DNA of 49,769 nt from an uncultured bacterium (GTDB taxonomy: Bacteria; Bacillota_I; Bacilli_A; RFN20; CAG-826). The notes under the pieces were generated by a model that worked only from the letters and a program-made list of their open reading frames with translations, was not told the origin of the DNA and did no database searches. The DNA is taken from assembly GCA_949297055.1 (NCBI GenBank), contig CASFRI010000039.1, forward strand, positions 1-49,769, read 5' to 3'. This document shows positions 17,927 to 27,538 of this stretch, piece by piece (position 1 is the first letter of the stretch; every line of letters begins with the position of its first letter). The translations under genes and the position numbers were made by a program.

Positions 17927-20440
17927 CTAAATTCTAGTTATCGTAATGCTCGCCGAATCTTTGCTAACTTTATTAAATTCGATGCGATATGGGAAAGCTT
18001 CACCATTATTGAATGTCGTAACGTTTTCAAAGAAATCGCTATAAGAACTTAAAGTGAAGACGTCACCTGTTTGGAAAAGATCATCTTCATTCAAATAAGC
18101 TCGACCAGAATCATAATAACTAGAGCCAGTAGAATAAGTATCTTCTCCACCTGCTTGGATAAGATGTAATAAGTGATATGGTTCATATTCACTCATCGCG
18201 CTTGAAGCGTAAGAATATAAGGTTTGAGCGTAATCGCTATCATCGTAAGAATTCGTATTTAAGAATTCACCAGTCCCAGCAAGATGAGGAGAATTATTAG
18301 GATCATCGATAAGTTCGACATCGTATGAATCCCACCAGTTACTGCTAGAAGAGCCTTCCACAAGTCGAGCAAGTCTAGCATCGACGTGATAAAGTCTAAC
18401 GCCACCATCGCCTAAAGAATAATGCCAATCGTTCCAGAAATATGCATTATTGCCCACCGGAGCGAATAATTCAATTAAGATATATTCGTCATACATCGAG
18501 CCATTCCAACTTTCAGTTGGGATAAGTAAAATGTCCCCACTTGTAGATTGTGGATAAAGAGTAAATGTTTGGCTATCTAAAGAAGTATCAAAAACGTAAG
18601 GATCAACCCAACCAACACTTAGTTTAGAGAAAGCATTCCAATCCATGACGTTATTAGATTGCATATCCGCACTACCAACGTAATCTCTTCCACTATAAGT
18701 ATAATCGTAATAATCTTCTAGGCCGAAAATGTGACCTTGTTCATGAATTGTCGTAATAGCATCACCTAAGTGATCAAGATTAGATAATGAATAGGTATTA
18801 GTTAAAGGATTAGTAGTCGTTCCAGGATTATTACCAGTTTGAAACATGTGTGGCCACATATTTGAATTTCCATCTACATTAATAGCGTTAACGATGAAGT
18901 GAATAGAATCAATATAACCATCATCATTCGAGTCATAATCATCTAAATTGATGCCATTTTGACCAAGCCAAGTCGTAGCTTCGTTATACATCGTAATCAA
19001 GTTATTCATACTACTATCTAAATTACTACGCGTAAAACGAGTTTCATAAACTGGAGCAACTTCACCTGTAATATTAAGTTTTCCATAACTTGCATTATAG
19101 TAATATGAAACAAGTGACATACCAGTTTCTGGATTTTCAGCATAGATAGCTTCTTCTACTTGATTAAGTCTAGCCTCAGTCCATTCAGCCGTACCAGATG
19201 AACCAGAAAGTTTAATTGGTACCATAAGTAATTTTTGATTGCCATGACTTGGTGCATAATATGGATCACGGTAGAAATTATCTAATTCTAAGTGAGATTT
19301 TTGTGAAGAAATAGCTTCCACACTTACGCTAATGGAAGAAGAGACATTAGAGCCATCCGTACTTCTAGCTGTCAAAGTTGTTACACCTTCTTTTAAACCA
19401 GTGACATTTCCGTTTGTATCGACGCTTGCAATACTTGTATCACCAATTGACCAAGACAAAGTCTTGTTATAAGCTTTTTCTGGTAAGATAGTAACATTTG
19501 GGGCTAAAGTATCACCAACACCTATATGTAAAGTTGCGGGACTTAGCTTAATTTCGCTAACTTTAATATCTTTTGGATCAGAGATATAAACATTAGCCTT
19601 GGCTTCTACCCCGCTTCCATCTTTAGCTCTAGCGGTGACGATGACGTTCCCGCTCGCTTTAGCGGTGAATAAACCATCTTCATTAATTTCACCATAATTT
19701 TCATTAGAAACGAGCCAGTCTAAACTACGCACTGAAGCGTTCGTTGGGGTGATAGTAGCATTAAATTTAACAGTTTCGTCAGGAAGAATACCACTTACTT
19801 CAGTTGGAGAAAGACTTATATTAGTAATTGGATTTGAAACGCCTTTAACCGTGATAGTAGTGATAAAATAAACTTCACTTCCATCGATTGTATCTAACCT
19901 AATATTACTTGTTCCTACACTCACTGCGTTTATGACACCAGTTTCACTTACGGTTGCAACACTAGGATCAGAACTAGAATAAAGCAATGTTTTTTCACTT
20001 GCATCATCAGGTAGAACAGTTGGATGGAGCGATAAAGTATCGCCGATAGTCAATTCATAACTTGTACGAACATCGTTAATAGAAGTTACTTCGATAATTT
20101 CTTCGACGACGTGGATAGCAAGCGAATCGCTTAAACTAGTGTTAGCAACACTACCTCTTAAAGTAGTTTGACCAACACTTAAACCAGTCAAAGTCTTATT
20201 CAATTTATTCAAAGCGACAATATCTTTACCAGTCGAAGACAAAGTTAAAGTCACATTCTGGTTACTGGCGCTTTCAGGCAAAATAGTATATGAAAAATTT
20301 GAAGTTTGACCTACTTCTAAAGTAAGAGAAGGCTGATCAAAACTAAATGATTCAGGTTGTTCATTAGGAGTTGGTAAACCACAACTACTTAAACCACCTA
20401 ACGCTAATAAAGCACTTGCAAATACAAACAATTTTTTCAT
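17927..20440 (-). CDS. Lipoprotein with about 4 Big_2 Ig repeats and an M6 (immune inhibitor A-like) metalloprotease domain
   Basis: Lipobox LSS-C; Big_2 repeats; DYDSNDDGYID, WPH, HEQGHIFGLEDYY, AFSKLSVGW, LYHVDARL. Confidence 0.88.
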   Translation of the reverse strand: MKKLFVFASALLALGGLSSCGLPTPNEQPESFSFDQPSLTLEVGQTSNFSYTILPESASNQNVTLTLSSTGKDIVALNKLNKTLTGLSVGQTTLRGSVANTSLSDSLAIHVVEEIIEVTSINDVRTSYELTIGDTLSLHPTVLPDDASEKTLLYSSSDPSVATVSETGVINAVSVGTSNIRLDTIDGSEVYFITTITVKGVSNPITNISLSPTEVSGILPDETVKFNATITPTNASVRSLDWLVSNENYGEINEDGLFTAKASGNVIVTARAKDGSGVEAKANVYISDPKDIKVSEIKLSPATLHIGVGDTLAPNVTILPEKAYNKTLSWSIGDTSIASVDTNGNVTGLKEGVTTLTARSTDGSNVSSSISVSVEAISSQKSHLELDNFYRDPYYAPSHGNQKLLMVPIKLSGSSGTAEWTEARLNQVEEAIYAENPETGMSLVSYYYNASYGKLNITGEVAPVYETRFTRSNLDSSMNNLITMYNEATTWLGQNGINLDDYDSNDDGYIDSIHFIVNAINVDGNSNMWPHMFQTGNNPGTTTNPLTNTYSLSNLDHLGDAITTIHEQGHIFGLEDYYDYTYSGRDYVGSADMQSNNVMDWNAFSKLSVGWVDPYVFDTSLDSQTFTLYPQSTSGDILLIPTESWNGSMYDEYILIELFAPVGNNAYFWNDWHYSLGDGGVRLYHVDARLARLVEGSSSSNWWDSYDVELIDDPNNSPHLAGTGEFLNTNSYDDSDYAQTLYSYASSAMSEYEPYHLLHLIQAGGEDTYSTGSSYYDSGRAYLNEDDLFQTGDVFTLSSYSDFFENVTTFNNGEAFPYRIEFNKVSKDSASITITRI

Positions 20441-20560
20441 AAGTCATCCTCCTTCCAAGGATTTAATATAGTATTATATTTATGAACGTGTATCAAGAAA
20501 AATAAGAAATAACATTAATTCAATCTAACGATTTTAAAGTTAAGTTGATATGATATAACT

Positions 20561-21937
20561 ATGGATGAAATAAGTATTCAAAACATAGTGAATGAACAAA
20601 GAAAATATTTTTTAAGCGGTAAAACTTTACCTTTAAAATTTAGACTTGAAACATTAGAAAAACTTGAAAATTTAATTAAACAAAACATCGATAAATTAAA
20701 TGAGGCTTTTATCTTAGATTTTAATAAGCATCCATTCGACGTCTTATCTACCGAAGTTTTCTTAGTCTTAGAAGAAATTAAATACTTTAAAAAGCATTTA
20801 AAAACACTAATGAAACCAAAAAGAGTAAGAACTTCGCTCATCAATTTTCCTTCCAAAGGTTACTTAATTAATGAACCTTACGGCGTCGTTCTTATCATGG
20901 CTCCGTGGAATTATCCTTTCCAACTAACTTTCGAACCTTTAGTGGGTGCGATCGCTAGTGGAAATACGATCATTTTAAAACCCGCTAGTTACACGAAAAA
21001 CGTTTCGAAAGTTATTGAAGAAATTATTGATAATTTTCCTTCTTCTTACATCGCTTGTGTGACAGGTGGAAGACAAGAAAATCAAGCTTTGTTAGAACAA
21101 AAATTTGATTACATCTTCTTCACCGGTGGTCAAACAGTCGGAAAACTCGTCTTGGAAAAAGCGAGTAAGTATCTTACCCCTGTTACTTTAGAATTAGGGG
21201 GAAAATCACCTTGTATCGTCGATAAAAATTGTGACATCGATATCGCCGCAAGGCGCATCACTTGGGGTAAATTTTTAAATGCTGGTCAAACATGTGTCGC
21301 TATAGATCATGTTTACGTACATGAAGATGTTCATGACTTATTATTAGAAAGAATTAATTACTATATTGATAAGTTTTATTTTAAAAATAATAAGTTAAGT
21401 GATGAATTCCCTTCTTTAATCAACGAAAAACATAAAGATAAAGTAAGTTCATTTTTAGATGATTCTAAGATTATAAGAGGCGGAAAGTTCGTTACTCCTT
21501 TAAGATTAGAACCCACCATCATGGACCACGTCACAAAAGATGATAAAATCATGCAAGAAGAAATATTTGGTCCAATTTTACCAATATTAACTTATTCCGA
21601 TTTAGATGCATTAATTAGCTATCAAAAAACTTTAGATAAACCCCTCGCATTATATTGTTTTTCTAAAGATAAGAAAGTCATTAAAAAAATTATCACTAAC
21701 TTATCTTTTGGAGGCGGATGCATTAATGATACGATCATGCACCTCACTAACACTAATCTTCCCTTCGGTGGCGTGGGAGCAAGCGGAATGGGAAGTTATC
21801 ATGGCCCTTCTTCATTTAAAACATTTTCACATCAAAAATCTATCTTAATAAAATCTAAGCATGAATTAAAAATGAAATATCCACCGCATAAAGAAAAAAC
21901 TTATAAGTTTTTAAAGAAGATGAGCAAGATTAAATAA
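20561..21937 (+). CDS. NAD(P)-dependent aldehyde dehydrogenase (ALDH3/YwdH-like)
   Basis: PWNYP, FTGG, LELGGKSP, NAGQTC, EEIFGP, PFGGVGASG. Confidence 0.95.
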   Translation: MDEISIQNIVNEQRKYFLSGKTLPLKFRLETLEKLENLIKQNIDKLNEAFILDFNKHPFDVLSTEVFLVLEEIKYFKKHLKTLMKPKRVRTSLINFPSKGYLINEPYGVVLIMAPWNYPFQLTFEPLVGAIASGNTIILKPASYTKNVSKVIEEIIDNFPSSYIACVTGGRQENQALLEQKFDYIFFTGGQTVGKLVLEKASKYLTPVTLELGGKSPCIVDKNCDIDIAARRITWGKFLNAGQTCVAIDHVYVHEDVHDLLLERINYYIDKFYFKNNKLSDEFPSLINEKHKDKVSSFLDDSKIIRGGKFVTPLRLEPTIMDHVTKDDKIMQEEIFGPILPILTYSDLDALISYQKTLDKPLALYCFSKDKKVIKKIITNLSFGGGCINDTIMHLTNTNLPFGGVGASGMGSYHGPSSFKTFSHQKSILIKSKHELKMKYPPHKEKTYKFLKKMSKIK

Positions 21938-21987
21938 ACATTATCTTTTCCCTCCGCGCATCATTGTAAAAGAAACTAATTTAATAT

Positions 21988-22013
21988 AGGTCAATCGTTA
22001 ATTGACTTCTTTT
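21988..22013 (+). terminator. Probable terminator after the aldehyde dehydrogenase gene
   Basis: AGGTCAAT-cgtta-ATTGACTT followed by CTTTT. Confidence 0.5.
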
Positions 22014-22093
22014 CATCAATATTTTTATCGTTACTCTTTAAAAACGAGTAAAAAGTTACTAAAATAATAAATCGAAAGGTTGGTACATAAAAT

Positions 22094-23047
22094 ATGCCAT
22101 TAGTAAATACTAAAGAAATGTTTAAGAAAGCCTACGAAGGCGGTTACGCTATCGGGGCATTCAATTGCAACAATATGGAAATTGTGCAAGCTATCACCGA
22201 AGCCGCAAAAGAATGCAATTCCCCTGTCATCCTTCAAGTCAGTGCAGGTGCAAGAAAATATGCCAAATCGGTCTATTTAACAAAACTTGTCGAAGCCGCG
22301 GTCGCAGATACCGGCTTACCTATCGTCTTACATCTTGATCACGGTGCAGATTTTGAAATTTGTAAAGACTGCATCGATAGTGGTTTTACTTCCGTCATGA
22401 TCGATGCATCTTCAAAACCATTCGAAGAAAATATCGCCATCACGAAAAAAGTCGTCGAATACGCTCACGCTCACGTCCCATACGTCACAGTCGAAGCTGA
22501 ACTTGGTACATTAAGCGGCGTCGAAGATGACGTTAAAGTCGATGCGGAAAACGCTTCCTATACGAATCCTAACCAAGTCGAAGAATTCGTCAAACGTACC
22601 GGCGTCGATTCCTTAGCAATTGCTATTGGAACAAGCCACGGTGCTTACAAATTTAAACCTGGCACGAAACCACAACTACGTTTCGATATCTTAGAAGAAG
22701 TCTCACGTCGTCTTCCTGGCTTCCCTATCGTCTTACATGGGGCAAGTTCTGTCAATCAAGAATACGTCAAAATCATCAACGAAAATGGCGGTAAGTTACA
22801 AGACGCAATTGGTGTTCCAGAAGACATGTTAAGACAAGCTGCGAAGATGGCTGTTTGTAAAATTAACATCGATAGCGACTTACGTCTTGCTATGACTGCT
22901 GGTATTAGAAAACATTTCAACGATCATCCAGACCACTTCGATCCAAGACAATATGTTGGTGATGGCCGCGCGAACGTCAAAGCCTTAGTGAAACATAAAA
23001 TTATGGACGTCTTAGGCTCTAACGATAAACTTGACGATCTTAAATAA
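22094..23047 (+). CDS. fba: Class II fructose-1,6-bisphosphate aldolase
   Basis: HLDHG, VEAELG, GTSHG, VLHGAS, KINIDSD, FDPR. Confidence 0.97.
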   Translation: MPLVNTKEMFKKAYEGGYAIGAFNCNNMEIVQAITEAAKECNSPVILQVSAGARKYAKSVYLTKLVEAAVADTGLPIVLHLDHGADFEICKDCIDSGFTSVMIDASSKPFEENIAITKKVVEYAHAHVPYVTVEAELGTLSGVEDDVKVDAENASYTNPNQVEEFVKRTGVDSLAIAIGTSHGAYKFKPGTKPQLRFDILEEVSRRLPGFPIVLHGASSVNQEYVKIINENGGKLQDAIGVPEDMLRQAAKMAVCKINIDSDLRLAMTAGIRKHFNDHPDHFDPRQYVGDGRANVKALVKHKIMDVLGSNDKLDDLK

Positions 23048-23064
23048 TTTCTAAACTGAACATC

Positions 23065-23096
23065 AAAAAAATAAACCACCCTTTGGGTGGTTTTTT
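23065..23096. terminator. Bidirectional intrinsic terminator between fba and the DUF3578 gene
   Basis: AAACCACCC-TTT-GGGTGGTTT flanked by A- and T-tracts. Confidence 0.88.
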
Positions 23097-23116
23097 AAAT
23101 GTCTTTTTTTACATTT

Positions 23117-24340
23117 TTAAGCTTGAATATTTGGCCCGCGATAAGTCGCCATAAAAGTGATCGGATCAAGATCGAAATTATCTTCGATCTCACCTCTAAC
23201 GCGATAAAAACTCACCTTGATGGAATTGATGTTATAAAGACGGTAGACGAAATAGATATCTTTATCTTTTTTAGAAGCATCCACTTCGCCTTTCGAAACT
23301 TGAAATTTCGTATCGACTTTACTTTTTGTCGATTTCACTTCGATATGAATTTCTTTTATTTCATCGTCGATGATGTCGTAAGATTTGATATCGTAACCAT
23401 AATAATCTGATTTAGAAGCGATCCATTCGATCTTATCGGCGTAATCTTCTAAACGTCTATCGTTTAATAAACGATTTCTTTCGTAATCTAACACTAATTT
23501 TTCACCGATGAGACCAGTTTTTGCATCATCTTTAGCTTTCTTTAAATAATCGATCTTTTTAGGAATTGGATTCGTAATTCTTTTAAATTTTTCCGATGTA
23601 TCAACTTTTGGTTCAACTTGATTTAATTGGCGGTTTAAATCGTAAGGCTCAGTTCCATCTTCGTTTAAATTTTCTTGGATGACTTTCAAAGCCTCATCGA
23701 CATCTAAATTCAAACTCTTCGCATTATGAATTCTTTCGTAATCTAAAATTTCTTCGACGATATCTTCGTATTTATTCGAATTGAAATGTTTGATGATGAA
23801 AGCATAAATTTCGATCATTTTATTTAAATCGTCCACTAAGACATTTTCTTCTAATTCCCCACTTCGATAATATTTTTGGATGATCGTCGTCTTTTCGTAG
23901 CCATAACCTAACGAACCCTTACTAGCGTGCAAATCGATTGGGTCTTTAGAAAAAGTTAAGTCGTCAATTTCATTTCTAATATAATTAGAAATTAATTCAG
24001 CGATTTTATATTTCTCTCTTCCATATTTATTTTCGAAGTAAGTTATACCTTGCTGTAACACTAAGTAGAAGCCTTTCATATCGCTACGGAAAAGATAACA
24101 AACGTAGATCCCGTGTTGAGTGGACGTCGTAATATTTTTATTGAGAATTGAAACCCAAGGATAAAGAGTTTTATTACCTTGCCCCATCGAGCCTTTGACT
24201 AAAAGATCAGGATCGTTTAATCTATCTCGAATTTCTCTGGGAAGTTTTTTCACTAAGGTGTCGTATAGATAAGAAGAATTATCAACCTTATGATCACCGC
24301 TGATATATTGATCTAAAATCGTCTGAAAAAATTGTTTCAT
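23117..24340 (-). CDS. McrB-N-like (DUF3578) plus DUF3883 PD-(D/E)xK nuclease; putative type IV modification-dependent restriction enzyme
   Basis: N-terminal KGSMGQGN...PWVSILN...TQHGIYVCYLF...YLVLQQG; C-terminal GLIGEKLVLDYE...YGYDIKSY...IEVKST...SKGE...YFVYRL. Confidence 0.82.
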   Translation of the reverse strand: MKQFFQTILDQYISGDHKVDNSSYLYDTLVKKLPREIRDRLNDPDLLVKGSMGQGNKTLYPWVSILNKNITTSTQHGIYVCYLFRSDMKGFYLVLQQGITYFENKYGREKYKIAELISNYIRNEIDDLTFSKDPIDLHASKGSLGYGYEKTTIIQKYYRSGELEENVLVDDLNKMIEIYAFIIKHFNSNKYEDIVEEILDYERIHNAKSLNLDVDEALKVIQENLNEDGTEPYDLNRQLNQVEPKVDTSEKFKRITNPIPKKIDYLKKAKDDAKTGLIGEKLVLDYERNRLLNDRRLEDYADKIEWIASKSDYYGYDIKSYDIIDDEIKEIHIEVKSTKSKVDTKFQVSKGEVDASKKDKDIYFVYRLYNINSIKVSFYRVRGEIEDNFDLDPITFMATYRGPNIQA

Positions 24341-24404
24341 AACTTTTACCTCTTGACGTTTCAGAGTATATCAGATTCATCAATAGAGAAAAAGCTTAGA
24401 AGTG

Positions 24405-25367
24405 TTATTTTTTCTTCCCTATATTTATATAAGTTAAATATCCTTCGTAGAACTTTTCATCTTTTTTAAACGATTCAAATTCTTCTTTTTTAATAAGCTT
24501 AATGGCCTTAGAGGCGCTTCTTACTGTCTTTATAAATTTACCTTTAAGAGTCTTACGCGATTGTAAGGCAATAGTGAATAAAAAGAATTTCTTTTCAAAA
24601 AACCAAATCTTAGTGGCTTTTTTAAATTGCTTTTCATAACAATATAATCTTAATAAAGCGAAAGTATATACGAATCGATTGATTCTTCTCGTACCATTCG
24701 CGCGTGAAATAGAATTTGGATGGTAGACGTAAACGTAAACAAAATCTTTGATAAAACTTACTTTTTTTGCATAGAGCAAAGTCAAAAAAGAAAAAGAAAA
24801 ATCTTCAAGGAAATAATGATTATTTAAAAACTTGAATTGATATTCATCTAAAAACGATTTTCTAAATAATTTATTCCAAGTATAGCCTCTTATTTTTATA
24901 TCGTGATAAAGCATTCTAGCAAGTTTTTCATTATCCTTAATTTTTTTATCTTTATGATAAACATTAAGGGGTCTTCTTTTTTTGCCTTTACTTTCGATGT
25001 AGTAATTTGCAATGACGATATCAGAATTTTCTTTCTCTGCTTTTTTATATAAAGAACTTAAACAATTTGGACGTAAATAATCATCCCCATCAATTATATA
25101 AATATATTTTCCTCGTGCAGTTTTTAAACCAAAATTTCTTACTTCCCCTGGATTATGAAAATCTAATGAATATTGTTTAAATCTTAAATCTTTTAAAAAT
25201 GGCTTAAGCGCAGAATAATCATCTTTTGTACCTGCGTCCACTAAAAGTAAAACTTCGATCGGTTTATTAAAATCTTGTTTTAAAATCGAATCGAGGCATT
25301 TTGAAAGATAACGACTCACGTCGTGAATTAAAACGACAATTGATATTTCATATGGGTAATTACTCAT
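24405..25367 (-). CDS. Glycosyltransferase family 2
   Basis: ISIVV, CLDSILKQ, RNFGL, IDGDD, WNKLF, EDF. Confidence 0.9.
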   Translation of the reverse strand: MSNYPYEISIVVLIHDVSRYLSKCLDSILKQDFNKPIEVLLLVDAGTKDDYSALKPFLKDLRFKQYSLDFHNPGEVRNFGLKTARGKYIYIIDGDDYLRPNCLSSLYKKAEKENSDIVIANYYIESKGKKRRPLNVYHKDKKIKDNEKLARMLYHDIKIRGYTWNKLFRKSFLDEYQFKFLNNHYFLEDFSFSFLTLLYAKKVSFIKDFVYVYVYHPNSISRANGTRRINRFVYTFALLRLYCYEKQFKKATKIWFFEKKFFLFTIALQSRKTLKGKFIKTVRSASKAIKLIKKEEFESFKKDEKFYEGYLTYINIGKKK

Positions 25368-25393
25368 GTTAATTAAAGTATAACAAATTAATT

Positions 25394-25966
25394 TTATTCA
25401 ATTAACCCTTCAATTAATATCTTAAGTCCAACAGCGAGAAACACTAAGGAAGCAATTAAACCCGCCCACTTTTCTAACTTTTTAGCAATAAGATGCGCTA
25501 AAAAGGAAGTTAATAAAGAAAGAACAAAAGTTGTTAAACCAATAATCATAAAGACAATTAAAGCCCAATAAATATCTAAATATAAATAAACAAAGCCGAT
25601 GCATAAAGCATCGATAGAAGTAGAAATTGCTTGAATAATAATATTAATTATTAAAATATGTTTTTCTTCTATTTCTTCTTCTTTTTTCCTTCTTTCGATC
25701 ATCCATTCCACGAACGATTTAATCGCTAGTAAAGTTAATAAAGAAAAAGCAATCCAAGGAATGTAGGCTTCTAAATTATCTTTAAAAGAATAGCCGATAA
25801 AATAGCCAATAACCGGCATGATAAATTGAAATAATCCAAAAGTTAAAGCAATTAAGATAGCTTTAATCTTCTTCATGTTTTTCTCTTCGATGGCGTCCAC
25901 CGCTGAAACAGTCATCGCATCGACGGACATCGAAAGAGAGGTCAATATGACATTGATCCAATCCAC
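25394..25966 (-). CDS. mntP: MntP-family (LysE superfamily) metal transporter
   Basis: SMSVDA, FGLFQFIMP, STSIDA repeats; about 6 TM helices; GTG start. Confidence 0.88.
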   Translation of the reverse strand: MDWINVILTSLSMSVDAMTVSAVDAIEEKNMKKIKAILIALTFGLFQFIMPVIGYFIGYSFKDNLEAYIPWIAFSLLTLLAIKSFVEWMIERRKKEEEIEEKHILIINIIIQAISTSIDALCIGFVYLYLDIYWALIVFMIIGLTTFVLSLLTSFLAHLIAKKLEKWAGLIASLVFLAVGLKILIEGLIE

Positions 25967-25988
25967 AATTAAACTTTAACTCCTAGTT

Positions 25989-26007
25989 ATTGATAAAAAT
26001 TATCAAT
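25989..26007. promoter_or_regulatory. Fur-family operator candidate upstream of mntP
   Basis: ATTGATAA-AAA-TTATCAAT inverted repeat; core TGATAAA-A-ATTATCA is one mismatch from the 7-1-7 Fur consensus TGATAAT-N-ATTATCA. Confidence 0.65.
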
Positions 26008-26013
26008 GTGGCT

Positions 26014-26042
26014 ATTTTAAATGATAAGAAAGCGATGGACAA
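26014..26042 (-). promoter_or_regulatory. SigA-type promoter of mntP
   Basis: TTGTCC-17 nt-TAAAAT. Confidence 0.65.
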
Positions 26043-26233
26043 GATTTTTTAAAAATGACGCTTCGTTAATAAGTCACGTAATAATTTCCTCTAGAATTAA
26101 TTACATGGATATCGTTTTTACACTAGTGATCATCGAACATTTTTCAAAAATCGATAAAAGTGTTCAGTAGAATCATTAAAGTAATTAGAAAATTAAGCAT
26201 TTTGGATAACGCTCATCTATTTTCTTCACTTTT

Positions 26234-27538
26234 TTATTTTTCTAGCTTAGAATTTATGCGATGTTTTCTAATTATTTTCTCTAATTCATATAATTGATAG
26301 AAAAAACCTTCTAACATTTTGACAGGTATACTATTTCCTGATAGCCTCAATATTTTGTCTCTAGGAAATAAAGTTCTACTTTTTCTTTCTTTGAAATTGC
26401 ACTTTTGTAAACGTTCATAATCTTCGTCAGTAAACCCCATAAACAGCAAAGACTCTCGAGGTGTTAAATATCTAAAATGAGCCCTTCCCTTTATTCCTGT
26501 ATCTATGTAGATATTACCTGAATTAGGGTTTCTATCCTGCTTTGTTGTGATCGTTCTAATAAATTGATCTTTAGTTAAATTACCATCTTCATCAATTATT
26601 TTAGGATTTAAATCCCATATTTTTCTTCTAGATGGAGTGTCGTTTGGAACACATTCAACCTCTTCTTGCCATAATTGAGAATTTTTATTGTGAGATACTC
26701 TTAAAAGATCTTCAATTTGTAAACATTTGAAATATTTAGAATTTTTATATTCTTTTACTATGTAAGACTCGTCATCTCCCCAATTTGAAAAAAAACTTTT
26801 AATTTTTTCTCGCAGCAAATCATCGGTACCTACATAAACACTTAACATTAAAAGTCTTGGACGGTTTTGCGGTATACCGTAGTTTTTTGCATTAACAGGA
26901 ATATATTTGCTTTCATAACCAATCGAATTTAATTTGTTTATCCATAAGTTAAAATTATCAAAATGTCTTTTTGAAAGAAGAGTAGGTACATTTTCCATTA
27001 TTAAATATTTTGGCAGTGTTCTTTTGGATTGTTTCATTTCTTCTAAAATTCTACCAACTTGCCACAATAGACTTGATCTACTACCAGAATCGATATCTAT
27101 ACCTTTGTTATATCCGTGAAAAGCGCCTACATTAGACAAGTCTTGGCAAGGAAAGGAATAAGTAAGTAAATCTGTGAATTCAGGCATTTCTTTTCCTTTT
27201 ACTTCATTGATATCTACTAAATTTTTTGTTCTAGTTATTGCAGATAAAATACGTTTAAGCGTAATATCATCATACGTTTTTAAAGATCTTGCATTCATAG
27301 ATGTTTTACCATCATTGCTCAAACTATATTCACTTAATTTTTTAATAATTTCTTCTTTTGGCATTTGCAAAATACTATCTAATATATACTCATCATTATG
27401 AATGGCATCATACGCTACAAAAGCATGAATATCCCACTCACAAGTTGCTTGTACTTCAATATTAATGCCAATATTTTTAAGTGCTCTAGCTTGACTTCCT
27501 ATTCCGCTAAATAGTTCTACTATTTTAATTTTTTTCAT
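26234..27538 (-). CDS. DNA (cytosine-5) methyltransferase, M.SssI/M.MpeI-like architecture
   Basis: Motif I ELFSGIG, IV TYSFPCQDLS, VI MENV, VIII PQNRPR, X GNSIPV; long insert after motif II. Confidence 0.93.
   Translation of the reverse strand: MKKIKIVELFSGIGSQARALKNIGINIEVQATCEWDIHAFVAYDAIHNDEYILDSILQMPKEEIIKKLSEYSLSNDGKTSMNARSLKTYDDITLKRILSAITRTKNLVDINEVKGKEMPEFTDLLTYSFPCQDLSNVGAFHGYNKGIDIDSGSRSSLLWQVGRILEEMKQSKRTLPKYLIMENVPTLLSKRHFDNFNLWINKLNSIGYESKYIPVNAKNYGIPQNRPRLLMLSVYVGTDDLLREKIKSFFSNWGDDESYIVKEYKNSKYFKCLQIEDLLRVSHNKNSQLWQEEVECVPNDTPSRRKIWDLNPKIIDEDGNLTKDQFIRTITTKQDRNPNSGNIYIDTGIKGRAHFRYLTPRESLLFMGFTDEDYERLQKCNFKERKSRTLFPRDKILRLSGNSIPVKMLEGFFYQLYELEKIIRKHRINSKLEK

Noticed and set aside
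22031-22051. TTACTC-N9-GAGTAA inverted repeat upstream of fba
   Set aside because: Only 6-bp arms in AT-rich DNA; cannot be told from chance
26135-26165. Imperfect hairpin GAACATTTTT...AAAAGTGTTC downstream of the MTase
   Set aside because: Weak AT-rich stem without a U-tract; not supportable as a terminator or att site
26043-26233. Duplicated tRNA-Thr 3' end (att site) at the left island boundary
   Set aside because: No TGGTGCCCCC-like copy found by eye; the boundary remains undefined
25967-26233. yybP-ykoY manganese riboswitch upstream of mntP
   Set aside because: No GGGGAGUAG-type core seen, and the predicted leader is too short
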